Positions 17,127 through 25,394 of a stretch of 25,394 nucleotides of DNA are shown here, in pieces. This stretch comes from a virus (lineage: Duplodnaviria; Caudoviricetes), in IMG/VR virus record IMGVR_UViG_3300005512_000298, positions 1 through 25,394 of that record; one strand, 5' to 3'. Each line of letters opens with the position of its first letter. The first letter of the stretch is position 1. The notes below the pieces were generated by a model. The model was not told where the DNA came from and did not search any database. It was given only the letters and a program-made list of their open reading frames with translations. The position numbers and the translations under genes are program-made.

Positions 17127-20063
17127 ATGGTATCTCAAGTAGTTCAAAACACATTTGTATCGACCTATAAAGACGACTTTAGGGATAGTGACAATTACCA
17201 TCGCATCTTGTTTAATACAGGTCGTGCGTTACAAGCACGTGAGCTTACACAACTACAAACTATTATTCAAAAAGAAATTGAACGGTTTGGTAGATATATA
17301 TTTAACGAAGGCTCAGTTATTTCATCAAATTTGGGTACATCTGCAACACGTTCATTTGCTGCACATTACGTAAAGCTTGATACTTCAACAAATCCATTAC
17401 CAACAGATTACGCAAGTCTAGAAAATACATTTGTAACCAATGATTTAGCAAGTCCAGTTACTGCTAATATTATTAAAGTAATTCCAGCTACTGGTGCTGA
17501 TCCTGCAACTCTTGTTTTAACTTATACTGATGGTGGTGATAATAGCTCTTTAGATACTACAACTCCACTTACATTTTTAGCTGGTCAAAATTTAACAACT
17601 GATAGTGGCACTCTTACTATTCAAACAATCGATACAGTTGCAAATCCAGCTGTTGGTAGAACATCGCTTATAACAATACCTGAAAATGAAGTTTTTTCTT
17701 TAGGTCATTTTGTCTATACGCCTAAACAAACTTTAGTTTTAAGCAAGTATAGCGATGAGTTTAATGGTGTAATTGGTTATAAGGTAATTGAAAGTGTTGT
17801 AACAGTTTCAGATGATTTGGCATTATATGATAACGCAGGATCTACTCCAAATTTAACATCTCCCGGAGCTGACCGTTACAGAATAGTTTTGACATTAATA
17901 GATGAATCTGATGTTGCTGCAGGTGAAACGTTTATACCTCTCATCAAAATGAGAAATGGCAATCTAGAAATATTACAAAACACCGATAATATTTTGAATA
18001 GATTGGGTGATACATTAGCCACTAGAACTTCAGAAATTAATGGTAACTTCGTAACTCGAGAAAAACAAGGTTTTAATTTACAAGTATTGCAAGATAGTGA
18101 TAATGATTATCTAAGATATGTGATTAGACCAGGCACTGCATATGTTAAAGGTTATAGAATTAGTACTACAGAGAACCAGGAATTTAGAGTCAAGAAACCT
18201 AGAACTGATCCTACTGATATTCTAAGAATACCTAATCCTACTCTTGCTACTAAATTTGGTAACTACTTCTTAGCAGATTCAATGTATGGTATGTTGGGTC
18301 TAATTGATAGTAATGCAACCGTTAACATTTATGATTCGGCTGATTTAGCAAACACAAAAATAGGTACAGCTAGAGTAAGACATATTGATAAATTAGAAGA
18401 TAAATTTAGAATTTATGTTCATAGTGTTTCAATAGATTCAAATGGAAGTGGTAGCTTTTATGACATTACTACAGCTCGTAGCTTAGGTCTAAGTGCTACT
18501 AATAAAGCTAATCTATTATTAACAGATAACCAACAAAACGTAAAGATACAAGAACCTGGTAATGGTGCACTGTTATTTAATTTACAGTATGCTGTTCCTT
18601 ATGAAGTTGGTCAAGCAACTATGGAGGTTGCTGAAGTCTTTTCAACTACAACTACTGGAGCTGGTAAAGGTGTATTTAATACATCTGCAGTTGATGAAGT
18701 TTTTGCCCAACAAGCTGATTGGATTCTTAAATATGATAGCGATGGGGCAGTTGTAACATCATTAACTGTAGAAAGTGGTGGTGTTGGATCTACATCAGTT
18801 AGGATTGGTGGATTGACAGCTAGTCAAGACGTTCAACTATTGGCTTATGTCAATATAACAGCTGATCCAATTAGTGTAAGTATACAAAATAACCAAACGT
18901 CTACTGGTTCACTTACTAATAATCAATATATCATACCGAGTGTAAATGTACAAAGATTAATCAGTGTAGTCGATAATACTACTTCTCAAGATATAACATA
19001 CAAATTTGTATTTGAAAGAAAGTCATCATTAGATTTTAAAGATGTAAGTGTTCTAAAATTAAAGGGTGAGTATTCAGCACCAGCTGGAACTATTACTGTA
19101 ACATATAATGATCATTCAGAAGGTAGCGGTGATTATTATAATGTGAATTCTTATTCATCTTATACGTACAGCGAGATTCCATTTGTTCCTGGTGATGGAG
19201 TATCACTTAATAACCAATTAGACTTTAGACCATCTAAAAATACATCTGGAACAGGATTTAGCGGGTCAGGGTCTAAAGTATTGAGACTTCCAAGAAATAA
19301 TAGTGTGATTAATTTTGACTATATTGAATATTATAAAGGACGTACTGATACAATTTACATTGATCCATATTCAAGGTCTATTAAATTATTACAGGGTGAA
19401 AATGAGGGTGTATATGCTGAACCACAAAATTTGCCGGGAAACATTTTGCCTTTGCATCAGATTGCTTTAAATCCTTACACTTATACAAATGAAGATCTGA
19501 CAAGAATTAAATATTCTCACAAGCACTATAGACAAGACGATATCAGTAGTCTAGACACTAGAATTTCAAGCTTAGAGGAATTATCAGCTCTTAGCTTGCT
19601 AGAAACTAGTGCTATCAATATTTCAGTTACAGATGCTGAGGGTAGAGAAAGAACTAAACTAGGTGTTACAGCTGATCCATTCTTAAATCACAGTCAGTCA
19701 TTAGTTAAAGGTAATGTTGAATTTAGAGCCAGTATAGATATGGGAAGAGGAATGATGAGACCTAAACAGGTCCGTAACATGGTTCCATTATGGTATGATT
19801 CAGATAATTCAACTGGTATTAAAAGATTTAATAATGTTTTATTGCCTAAATTTACAGAAAATGTACTTATTAATCAAACAGTTGCGTCAAGATCCACTGA
19901 TGTAAATCAATTGTTTGTTCCGAGATTTGTAGGATCGATGACATTAAATCCTGATCATGATTACTGGACTGAAAGACGTACTGTAGACAATGGGACAACT
20001 AAAGTGGTATTTAAAAACGGCGATGTATCAAGCTATGATAAATTCCAGGAATATGGCGGATAA
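17127..20063 (+). CDS. VrlC-like / DUF4815 baseplate-associated structural protein, N-terminal part
   Basis: Y.DDF....NYHRILF..GRALQARELTQLQTI.Q..IERFG..IF.EGS, L.DNA.S.PN..SPGADRY, PG.AYV.GY, LDFRP, Y.GR.D, Y...DI..L..RI..LE....LSLLE. Confidence 0.8.
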   Translation: MVSQVVQNTFVSTYKDDFRDSDNYHRILFNTGRALQARELTQLQTIIQKEIERFGRYIFNEGSVISSNLGTSATRSFAAHYVKLDTSTNPLPTDYASLENTFVTNDLASPVTANIIKVIPATGADPATLVLTYTDGGDNSSLDTTTPLTFLAGQNLTTDSGTLTIQTIDTVANPAVGRTSLITIPENEVFSLGHFVYTPKQTLVLSKYSDEFNGVIGYKVIESVVTVSDDLALYDNAGSTPNLTSPGADRYRIVLTLIDESDVAAGETFIPLIKMRNGNLEILQNTDNILNRLGDTLATRTSEINGNFVTREKQGFNLQVLQDSDNDYLRYVIRPGTAYVKGYRISTTENQEFRVKKPRTDPTDILRIPNPTLATKFGNYFLADSMYGMLGLIDSNATVNIYDSADLANTKIGTARVRHIDKLEDKFRIYVHSVSIDSNGSGSFYDITTARSLGLSATNKANLLLTDNQQNVKIQEPGNGALLFNLQYAVPYEVGQATMEVAEVFSTTTTGAGKGVFNTSAVDEVFAQQADWILKYDSDGAVVTSLTVESGGVGSTSVRIGGLTASQDVQLLAYVNITADPISVSIQNNQTSTGSLTNNQYIIPSVNVQRLISVVDNTTSQDITYKFVFERKSSLDFKDVSVLKLKGEYSAPAGTITVTYNDHSEGSGDYYNVNSYSSYTYSEIPFVPGDGVSLNNQLDFRPSKNTSGTGFSGSGSKVLRLPRNNSVINFDYIEYYKGRTDTIYIDPYSRSIKLLQGENEGVYAEPQNLPGNILPLHQIALNPYTYTNEDLTRIKYSHKHYRQDDISSLDTRISSLEELSALSLLETSAINISVTDAEGRERTKLGVTADPFLNHSQSLVKGNVEFRASIDMGRGMMRPKQVRNMVPLWYDSDNSTGIKRFNNVLLPKFTENVLINQTVASRSTDVNQLFVPRFVGSMTLNPDHDYWTERRTVDNGTTKVVFKNGDVSSYDKFQEYGG

Positions 20064-20072
20064 GGAAGAAAA

Positions 20073-21137
20073 ATGGGAACTGAAACATATTACGTCAGTG
20101 TTACTAATTCAAGAAGCAATTATACAGGCTTTAATGATGTAACAATCGCCAGACCTAAGTTTATATACTTTCAAGCTACAGGTCTCAGACCAAATGCTCG
20201 CCACTTTGTGTTTTTTGATAAAGTTAATGTTACTAACTATGTTAATACAAGTATTGGTACTATAAATGATTTTAACAATCTATCTAGAAACGACCCTAAG
20301 AGAAATCCTGGTGAAAAATATATAAATGAAACAGGATTTCCTACAGCTTTAGGTGGACCCACAGCTTCTATTTTTTCTGATGATGAAGGTAAAATAGATG
20401 GTGTATTTTACTTGCAAAGCAATAGCACAACTAATTTTCCTACAGGAACAAGAATATTATCTGTATTAGATATTAGTACGTACGCACCAGACGCAGCAAC
20501 ATCTTATTGTAGCGGACAATTTACTATTGATGGTGGAATTGAAAATTATTCTGTTTCTTATTATACAACACAAGAAGCAAGGACTAGATATGTAGCTGAT
20601 CCAGCACCAGATCCTGATCCACCTAGTAATAATGGTAGTTCGACTCCTGTTGTAAATCCGGCGGGGGCTGGTGCTTCAACAGATCCAGATCCAGTTGTAA
20701 GTAAAAAAGAGCCGAAGTATCTAATTACAGGGGATGAAAGATATCAAAATATTAACGGTATCGGTTATCTGTTTAAAACAGATCCAACGACTGGAGGTAG
20801 TGTTGTTGTTCATAAATCTGAAACTCTTGGAGAAATTTTGGGAGAAGAAAAGATTGGATATGGTACAGGCAGGATTACATCCTCTGGAGTAAATTTAGGA
20901 GTAGGTGATGCTCTTGTTAATGCTGGTTTTGGAGGACTAGATGGAATGTCGACGACTAATATTTTGGCATCCGCCTCTGGTGGTCGGGGTGCAGTGGTTC
21001 CGACTGGTGGTGATACAGCATTTAAATTAGATCCCGCAGGTGGTGGTTGGGTAGATCAATTTAGTGGTGAAGGTCTGTTTACAAACGGTGGTAAAAATGG
21101 AATTAACACATATTTTACAAATCAAGCTAGCTCTTAG
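20073..21137 (+). CDS. VrlC/DUF4815-like middle fragment with Pro/Gly-rich C-terminal extension
   Basis: ARPKFIYFQATGLRPNARHFVFFD.VNVT.Y, SDDEG.I.G.F.L, F.TGTR.L resemble the central block of VrlC-type proteins; AAGGA SD. Confidence 0.6.
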   Translation: MGTETYYVSVTNSRSNYTGFNDVTIARPKFIYFQATGLRPNARHFVFFDKVNVTNYVNTSIGTINDFNNLSRNDPKRNPGEKYINETGFPTALGGPTASIFSDDEGKIDGVFYLQSNSTTNFPTGTRILSVLDISTYAPDAATSYCSGQFTIDGGIENYSVSYYTTQEARTRYVADPAPDPDPPSNNGSSTPVVNPAGAGASTDPDPVVSKKEPKYLITGDERYQNINGIGYLFKTDPTTGGSVVVHKSETLGEILGEEKIGYGTGRITSSGVNLGVGDALVNAGFGGLDGMSTTNILASASGGRGAVVPTGGDTAFKLDPAGGGWVDQFSGEGLFTNGGKNGINTYFTNQASS

Positions 21138-21165
21138 GCTAGGAAAAATTTAATAGGAATTAGAA

Positions 21166-22839
21166 ATGGCAGCTTATATGAATCTCACTGACGTATCGTC
21201 ACCATTAGCTCAGACATTTAATGTTACTGAGCCCGGTGGAGTTATGCTAACAGGTGTCGGTCTTTATTTTTTTAGTAAACCTGGTGCTAGTGAAGGTAAC
21301 TTTCCTGTTACGGTAGAGTTAAGACCAGTTACTGAGGGTGGTGGACCTAGTGCTAGAGAAATTTATCCAGGAACTAAAGTAGTTAAATCTAAAGCTGATA
21401 TCACGGCTAGCACAACTTATAATGCAACTACAGGTGAAACTAAATTTGATTTTCCAGTTCCTTTTCATGTGCCAGAAAATACACAACTAGCACTAACCGT
21501 TTCAACAAATGCAGCTCCTGGCGCTTATAAAATTTGGATAGCTCAGCTAGGTGATTTTGAATATGGTAGCACATCCAGAAGGGTAGTAGATCAGCCCAAT
21601 GTAGGATCCTTCTTCACGTCATCTAATGGTACTACTTGGACACCAGAACAAAATAGAGATCTTACATTTAAAGTTTATAACGCTCAGTTTATTAATCAAA
21701 ACTCAGTGGCAACTTTATATGCCGATACACCACCACCGCGTCTTTTATCTGATATTTCAGCTAATGATAATCCATTAACATTTACTTCTGGAGACTCTGA
21801 TATCAAGGTTAGTCACCCACAAAGTGGGTTTCAAATTGGGGATAACGTTAGAATTTCTGGTCTAGATAGTGCTACGACTTATTATGGCATATTTGGACAT
21901 AGCATTATGGGCAAAAAAACAATCAAATCTGTAGATCCATATGGGTATGTATTTGCTGCTGACTCAGCTGCTGATTCATCGGGTCGTGGTGGCGGAACAG
22001 GCATAATTGCAGATGAACAATTAATTGTTGATACATTCAAGTTAAACTTACCTGATTTTGTGCCACAGTCTACAACTATAAGCTATAAAGCGAATATGAC
22101 CCGCGGTAAATCATATGCTGGTAATAATACACCATATGAAAGACAAACAACGTTTAATATTAACAATAAAGCATGGTGGGAACCAGAAAAACCGTTTTTA
22201 ATAGCATCTGAAATTCAAGAAAGTGATAGATTGAGCAGTTTGCCTTCATCAGTCTTCAGCGTTGTATTTAACACTGAAAACGTAAATGTTGCTCCATATA
22301 TTAATATTAATGCTGCATCATTAGAAACCGGTCATAATGTAATTGACTATGCAGACTCAGCTGCGGTATTTGCTGGAGCCAGTGGACTAGACTCTGATGG
22401 TACAGGTGGACGTAATATCTTAACTACAACACCATACATCGCTGAAAGTAGTTTTATTGGTGGTTCAAACGCTGCTAAATTTATAGCAAAACCAGTTTTG
22501 TTGGCTTCACCCGCATCTTCAATTAAGGTACTTGTCGATGCACAAAGAACATCTCATTCTGATTTTGAAGTATGGTATAGAACTGCTAAATTGGGTGATG
22601 AGACTAATTATCTAGGTATAAAGTCTTGGAATAAGTTTAGCACATCATCTATTCCTCCAAACACATCAAATTACGATGATATGCCAGTTGATGAGGATTT
22701 CCAAACGTTTAGAGAATACAGCTTCTCACAATTTAGTATACCTGATTTTGATGTATATCAAATTAAAATCGTAATGAAGAGTAAGAACTCGGCAAGACCA
22801 CCACTATTCCAAAATTTAAGAACAATAGCGACAGTTTAA
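21166..22839 (+). CDS. VrlC/DUF4815-like C-terminal fragment
   Basis: PLAQTF.V, LTGVGLYF.SKP, PV.VELRP, T.F.F..P, GSFF.SSNG.TWTP.Q..DL.FK.Y.A.F, V.L..PA.SIKV, F.EY.F, F..YQIKIVM.S.N...PP....LR.IA. Confidence 0.75.
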   Translation: MAAYMNLTDVSSPLAQTFNVTEPGGVMLTGVGLYFFSKPGASEGNFPVTVELRPVTEGGGPSAREIYPGTKVVKSKADITASTTYNATTGETKFDFPVPFHVPENTQLALTVSTNAAPGAYKIWIAQLGDFEYGSTSRRVVDQPNVGSFFTSSNGTTWTPEQNRDLTFKVYNAQFINQNSVATLYADTPPPRLLSDISANDNPLTFTSGDSDIKVSHPQSGFQIGDNVRISGLDSATTYYGIFGHSIMGKKTIKSVDPYGYVFAADSAADSSGRGGGTGIIADEQLIVDTFKLNLPDFVPQSTTISYKANMTRGKSYAGNNTPYERQTTFNINNKAWWEPEKPFLIASEIQESDRLSSLPSSVFSVVFNTENVNVAPYININAASLETGHNVIDYADSAAVFAGASGLDSDGTGGRNILTTTPYIAESSFIGGSNAAKFIAKPVLLASPASSIKVLVDAQRTSHSDFEVWYRTAKLGDETNYLGIKSWNKFSTSSIPPNTSNYDDMPVDEDFQTFREYSFSQFSIPDFDVYQIKIVMKSKNSARPPLFQNLRTIATV

Positions 22840-22840
22840 T

Positions 22841-23056
22841 ATGAATAGATTTTCTAAGGTACAAAATCAACCTGATTATATCAAGGACAATTTAACAGGT
22901 GCTATTGTCCATATAAATAGTACCAAATCTATGAATGAAAGAAAAAGATTAAATATAGAAGATCAGAAACAACAAGAAATTGAAAAACTAAAGAATGATG
23001 TAGGTGAAATAAAGTCTTTGTTGCATCAATTATTAGAGAAGAATTCAAATGGCTAA
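22841..23056 (+). CDS. Small coiled-coil hypothetical protein of the type found after VrlC-like genes in T4-like phages
   Basis: KV..QPD.IKD..TGAIV.IN and EIEKLKNDVGEIKSLL.QLL; tightly packed between neighbours. Confidence 0.65.
   Translation: MNRFSKVQNQPDYIKDNLTGAIVHINSTKSMNERKRLNIEDQKQQEIEKLKNDVGEIKSLLHQLLEKNSNG
22912..22919 (+). promoter_or_regulatory. Possible internal late promoter TATAAATA for the tail fibre gene
   Basis: Exact motif, but inside the 71-aa ORF, about 130 nt before the fibre ATG; could be chance in AT-rich DNA. Confidence 0.4.
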
Positions 23057-25121
23057 GATACCACCAATTAATCTATCTTCAAGTTTTAACACTTTCAGAA
23101 CTAGTTTTAATAAACTAGTTGATTCTGTTGGTGATCTTGCTACTCTTACGACTGATACAGATAGTGATGTTGTAAAAGCTATTAACTCAATCGATAGCAA
23201 TTTAGGCACTAGATCTTCTCTTACAACGTCAAATGCTAACGTTGTTACAGCTATTAACGAATTAGATGCTGAATTGGGTACAATTACTTCAGGTGCGATG
23301 GGCACAACCGCAAGCACTGTATCTGGTGCAATTGCAGAACTAGATAGTAGATTAGACTCCATTAATAACACACAACTAAATACCGCAGCTTTATATGTTA
23401 GTGGTAATGCACAAATTGACGGTACATTAACAGTTGATGGTACAGTTAACTTTAAAGCTGGTTCATCGGGCTCAGTTGCTCTTGGTGATGATAATACTGA
23501 TAATGTTGTGTTTAATGCTGATGTAAATTCAAATATTATTCCAAATACTGATAGTGCCTATTCACTAGGTAGCGATGATAAAAGATGGAAGCATGTATAT
23601 ACGCAAAACCTATCAGCAGATTCTTCTACTATCACAAGTTTAAATGTAACAGGAACTTTGACTGCTGGTTCTCTAACTGTTGATTCAGCTCATATTCAAT
23701 CTATTGTAGATAGCAATCTAGTTGCCATTAACACATCAATTGCAGCAGCGCTGGATTCAGCAGAAGCACAAGCGATGATCGACAGCAATCTGGTTGCTAT
23801 CAACGCTTCTATAGCAGCTCAATTAGATTCTGCTGAAGCTCAGGCAATGTTTGATAGTAACTTTGCTGACTCAAATGTCATTGCTACAATAGCTAATAGA
23901 TCTATTGCAAATAGTAAACTAACTAATAATACGATAACTGTAAATGGAATTTCAATTGCACTTGGCGCAGCTGGTAATATTGATATTACAGACTCTGGAT
24001 CTTCAGTAGCTCTTATTAAGTCAACAATGAAAGCTGACTCAGATACAGGTATTCATTATGACTCTGCTACAGCAAGATTTAGTTTAGATAAAATTCCAAA
24101 TTCAAGTATAACAAATTCAACTTTCTCTGTAAATGGTGTATCTGGTAATTTAGGTGCAAACATCACAGTTGACATTGTTGATTCAGCTGAGGTTATTGCA
24201 TTAGCTAGAGGTGGCTTAAGCGTAACAGACGCTGGTGGTGATGGCTCATTAAGCTATGCTTCTGGTACAGGAGTGTTTACATATACAGGTCCATCAGCTT
24301 CTGATGTAAGAGCTCACTTTACAGCTGGTGAGGGAATTGATATTACTGCTGGTGAAATCGCTGGTGAAGATGCAACAACTGCTAATAAAGGTATTGCTTC
24401 ATTTAATAGTGCATCATTCAGCACATCTAGTGGTGCAGTAAGCATTAAAACTGGTGGTGTATCAAACGATCAACTAGCGGGTTCGATTGCAAATGCTAAA
24501 CTAGCAAACTCAACATTCTCGGTAAATGGTGTATCCGGAAGCTTGGGTGCTAATATTGAGATTCCTACTATTGACTCAAACGGAACTATTAATCTGATTG
24601 GTGGTCAGTTTACTGCGGCACCAGAAACAATAACTAGAACTGGTGATTTAAGATTTAATGTTAGTGGTGATATTTACTTAGATGCTGACGGTGGCCAAAT
24701 TTTTCTACAGGATAACGGCGCATCAGGTCATAGAGCTACGATAGATTTAACTGGTGGTGCTGATACTGTAATATTAAAAACTGGAACATCTACTACTAAC
24801 ACGACATGGAGTGGTGAGGATATGACTGTTGTAGGTGATATCACATCACAATCTGATATGCGTGTTAAAGAGAACGTTGAAACAATTACTGACGGACTAG
24901 AGATAGTAGATACACTTAGAGGCGTTTATTATAATAAAATCGGTGAAACTGATCGTAAAGTCGGCGTCATCGCTCAGGAAGTTGAGACTGTTTTACCTGA
25001 AGTTGTAAAGACAGATGACGGTGGTATGAAGTCAGTAGACTATAGTAAGATGATTGGTGTATTGATAGAAGCTATTAAAGATCTAAAACACGAGATTGAT
25101 GATCTAAAAAGAGGGCTCTAA
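23049..25121 (+). CDS. Tail fibre protein with C-terminal intramolecular chaperone (peptidase S74 domain)
   Basis: N-terminal G.L..L.T....V.AINE repeats, Ser/Thr/Gly-rich shaft, then SDMRVKEN....L..V..LRGV.Y...GVIAQEVE.VLPEVV...VDY.KM..VLIEAIKDL from 24852. Confidence 0.85.
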   Translation: MAKIPPINLSSSFNTFRTSFNKLVDSVGDLATLTTDTDSDVVKAINSIDSNLGTRSSLTTSNANVVTAINELDAELGTITSGAMGTTASTVSGAIAELDSRLDSINNTQLNTAALYVSGNAQIDGTLTVDGTVNFKAGSSGSVALGDDNTDNVVFNADVNSNIIPNTDSAYSLGSDDKRWKHVYTQNLSADSSTITSLNVTGTLTAGSLTVDSAHIQSIVDSNLVAINTSIAAALDSAEAQAMIDSNLVAINASIAAQLDSAEAQAMFDSNFADSNVIATIANRSIANSKLTNNTITVNGISIALGAAGNIDITDSGSSVALIKSTMKADSDTGIHYDSATARFSLDKIPNSSITNSTFSVNGVSGNLGANITVDIVDSAEVIALARGGLSVTDAGGDGSLSYASGTGVFTYTGPSASDVRAHFTAGEGIDITAGEIAGEDATTANKGIASFNSASFSTSSGAVSIKTGGVSNDQLAGSIANAKLANSTFSVNGVSGSLGANIEIPTIDSNGTINLIGGQFTAAPETITRTGDLRFNVSGDIYLDADGGQIFLQDNGASGHRATIDLTGGADTVILKTGTSTTNTTWSGEDMTVVGDITSQSDMRVKENVETITDGLEIVDTLRGVYYNKIGETDRKVGVIAQEVETVLPEVVKTDDGGMKSVDYSKMIGVLIEAIKDLKHEIDDLKRGL
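23709..23861 (+). repeat. Tandem 72-bp (24-aa) coding repeat, 2 copies plus start of a third
   Basis: DSNLVAINTSIAAALDSAEAQAMI / DSNLVAINASIAAQLDSAEAQAMF / DSN. Confidence 0.9.
23901..24563 (+). repeat. Three dispersed ~27-aa fibre repeats (at 23901, 24093, 24483)
   Basis: SIANSKLTNNTITVNGISIALGA / IPNSSITNSTFSVNGVSGNLGANI / SIANAKLANSTFSVNGVSGSLGANI. Confidence 0.8.
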
Positions 25122-25122
25122 T

Positions 25123-25394
25123 ATGGCTTTCAAAATAGCAAGCAGTTTGTACACAAATCAGGGTGGATCGAGTACTGTCATAACAGATACGGGTGAAGCA
25201 AAGGGAAATCAATCTGGAAAAAAAGGCACTATTATAGCTGACTCAAATCCAGGAGACACTGATAATTACATAGTTTCTTTAGATCTAACATCAGGAAATT
25301 ATTTTGATTTTAATCCTGATTATAGTGCTATTAGTGCAAAAACTTATTTAATTTTTGATTTTGGAGGAAGCGACGGCGATTATTTTTCTAGTAA
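25123..25394 (+). CDS. Probable fibre-associated structural protein (5' part; runs off window end)
   Basis: Not in ORF track. Open frame from ATG 25123: MAFKIASSLYTNQGGSSTVITDTGEAKG...IADSNPG...SLDLTSGNYFDF...; starts 1 nt after the fibre stop. Confidence 0.65.
   Translation, partial: MAFKIASSLYTNQGGSSTVITDTGEAKGNQSGKKGTIIADSNPGDTDNYIVSLDLTSGNYFDFNPDYSAISAKTYLIFDFGGSDGDYFSS

Noticed and set aside
11065-18756. Alternate-frame plus ORFs 11065-11253, 12401-12604, 14365-14634, 17155-17373, 18562-18756
   Set aside because: Short, Leu/Gln-rich off-frame products lying within or largely overlapping conserved genes.
20261-20328. TATAAATG near-matches to the late promoter inside coding sequence
   Set aside because: Mismatch at a conserved position, intragenic, expected by chance in AT-rich DNA.
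21127-21142. CTAGC-TCTTAG-GCTAG hairpin at the end of the 354-aa gene
   Set aside because: Only a 5-bp stem with no U-tract on the coding strand; too weak to call a terminator.
4809-23371. Minus-strand ORFs 4809-5105, 7510-8004, 9467-9667, 10637-10864, 16497-16715, 23045-23371
   Set aside because: Antisense to structural genes; explained by the codon bias of the sense strand.
1-25394. CRISPR arrays, tRNA/rRNA genes, IS elements, DGR-type template/variable repeats
   Set aside because: Intergenic gaps are all about 50 bp or less, and no near-identical nucleotide repeats, transposase or reverse transcriptase were seen by eye.

Overview
AT-rich, densely coding segment of a T4-like myovirus genome, most similar in organisation to marine/environmental T4-like phages rather than T4 itself. 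It holds the late virion-morphogenesis module. A leftward arm carries gp4 head completion, an inserted sulfotransferase, gp2, a gp54/gp19-family tube protein and the start of gp26. A rightward arm carries gp48, gp53, a gp27-like hub, a gp5 spike region split over three ORFs, gp25, gp6, gp7-like, gp9/10-like, gp8, a VrlC/DUF4815-type protein split in three, and a tail fibre with an S74 chaperone. T4 late promoters (TATAAATA) mark the transcription units. The most notable observations are: (1) an Asp-Ser-small motif strongly enriched in peripheral baseplate/fibre proteins (55 by hand count) and nearly absent from hub/inner proteins of equal total length (4), suggesting a modification sequon, with a late-expressed sulfotransferase nearby; (2) a tripartite gp5 carrying three classes of peptidoglycan hydrolase plus an apparently dead M15 copy; (3) a dockerin-like Ca-binding loop in gp53; (4) a helical module shared by gp6 and the amidase protein. 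All family assignments come from motif recognition by eye; no searches were run.
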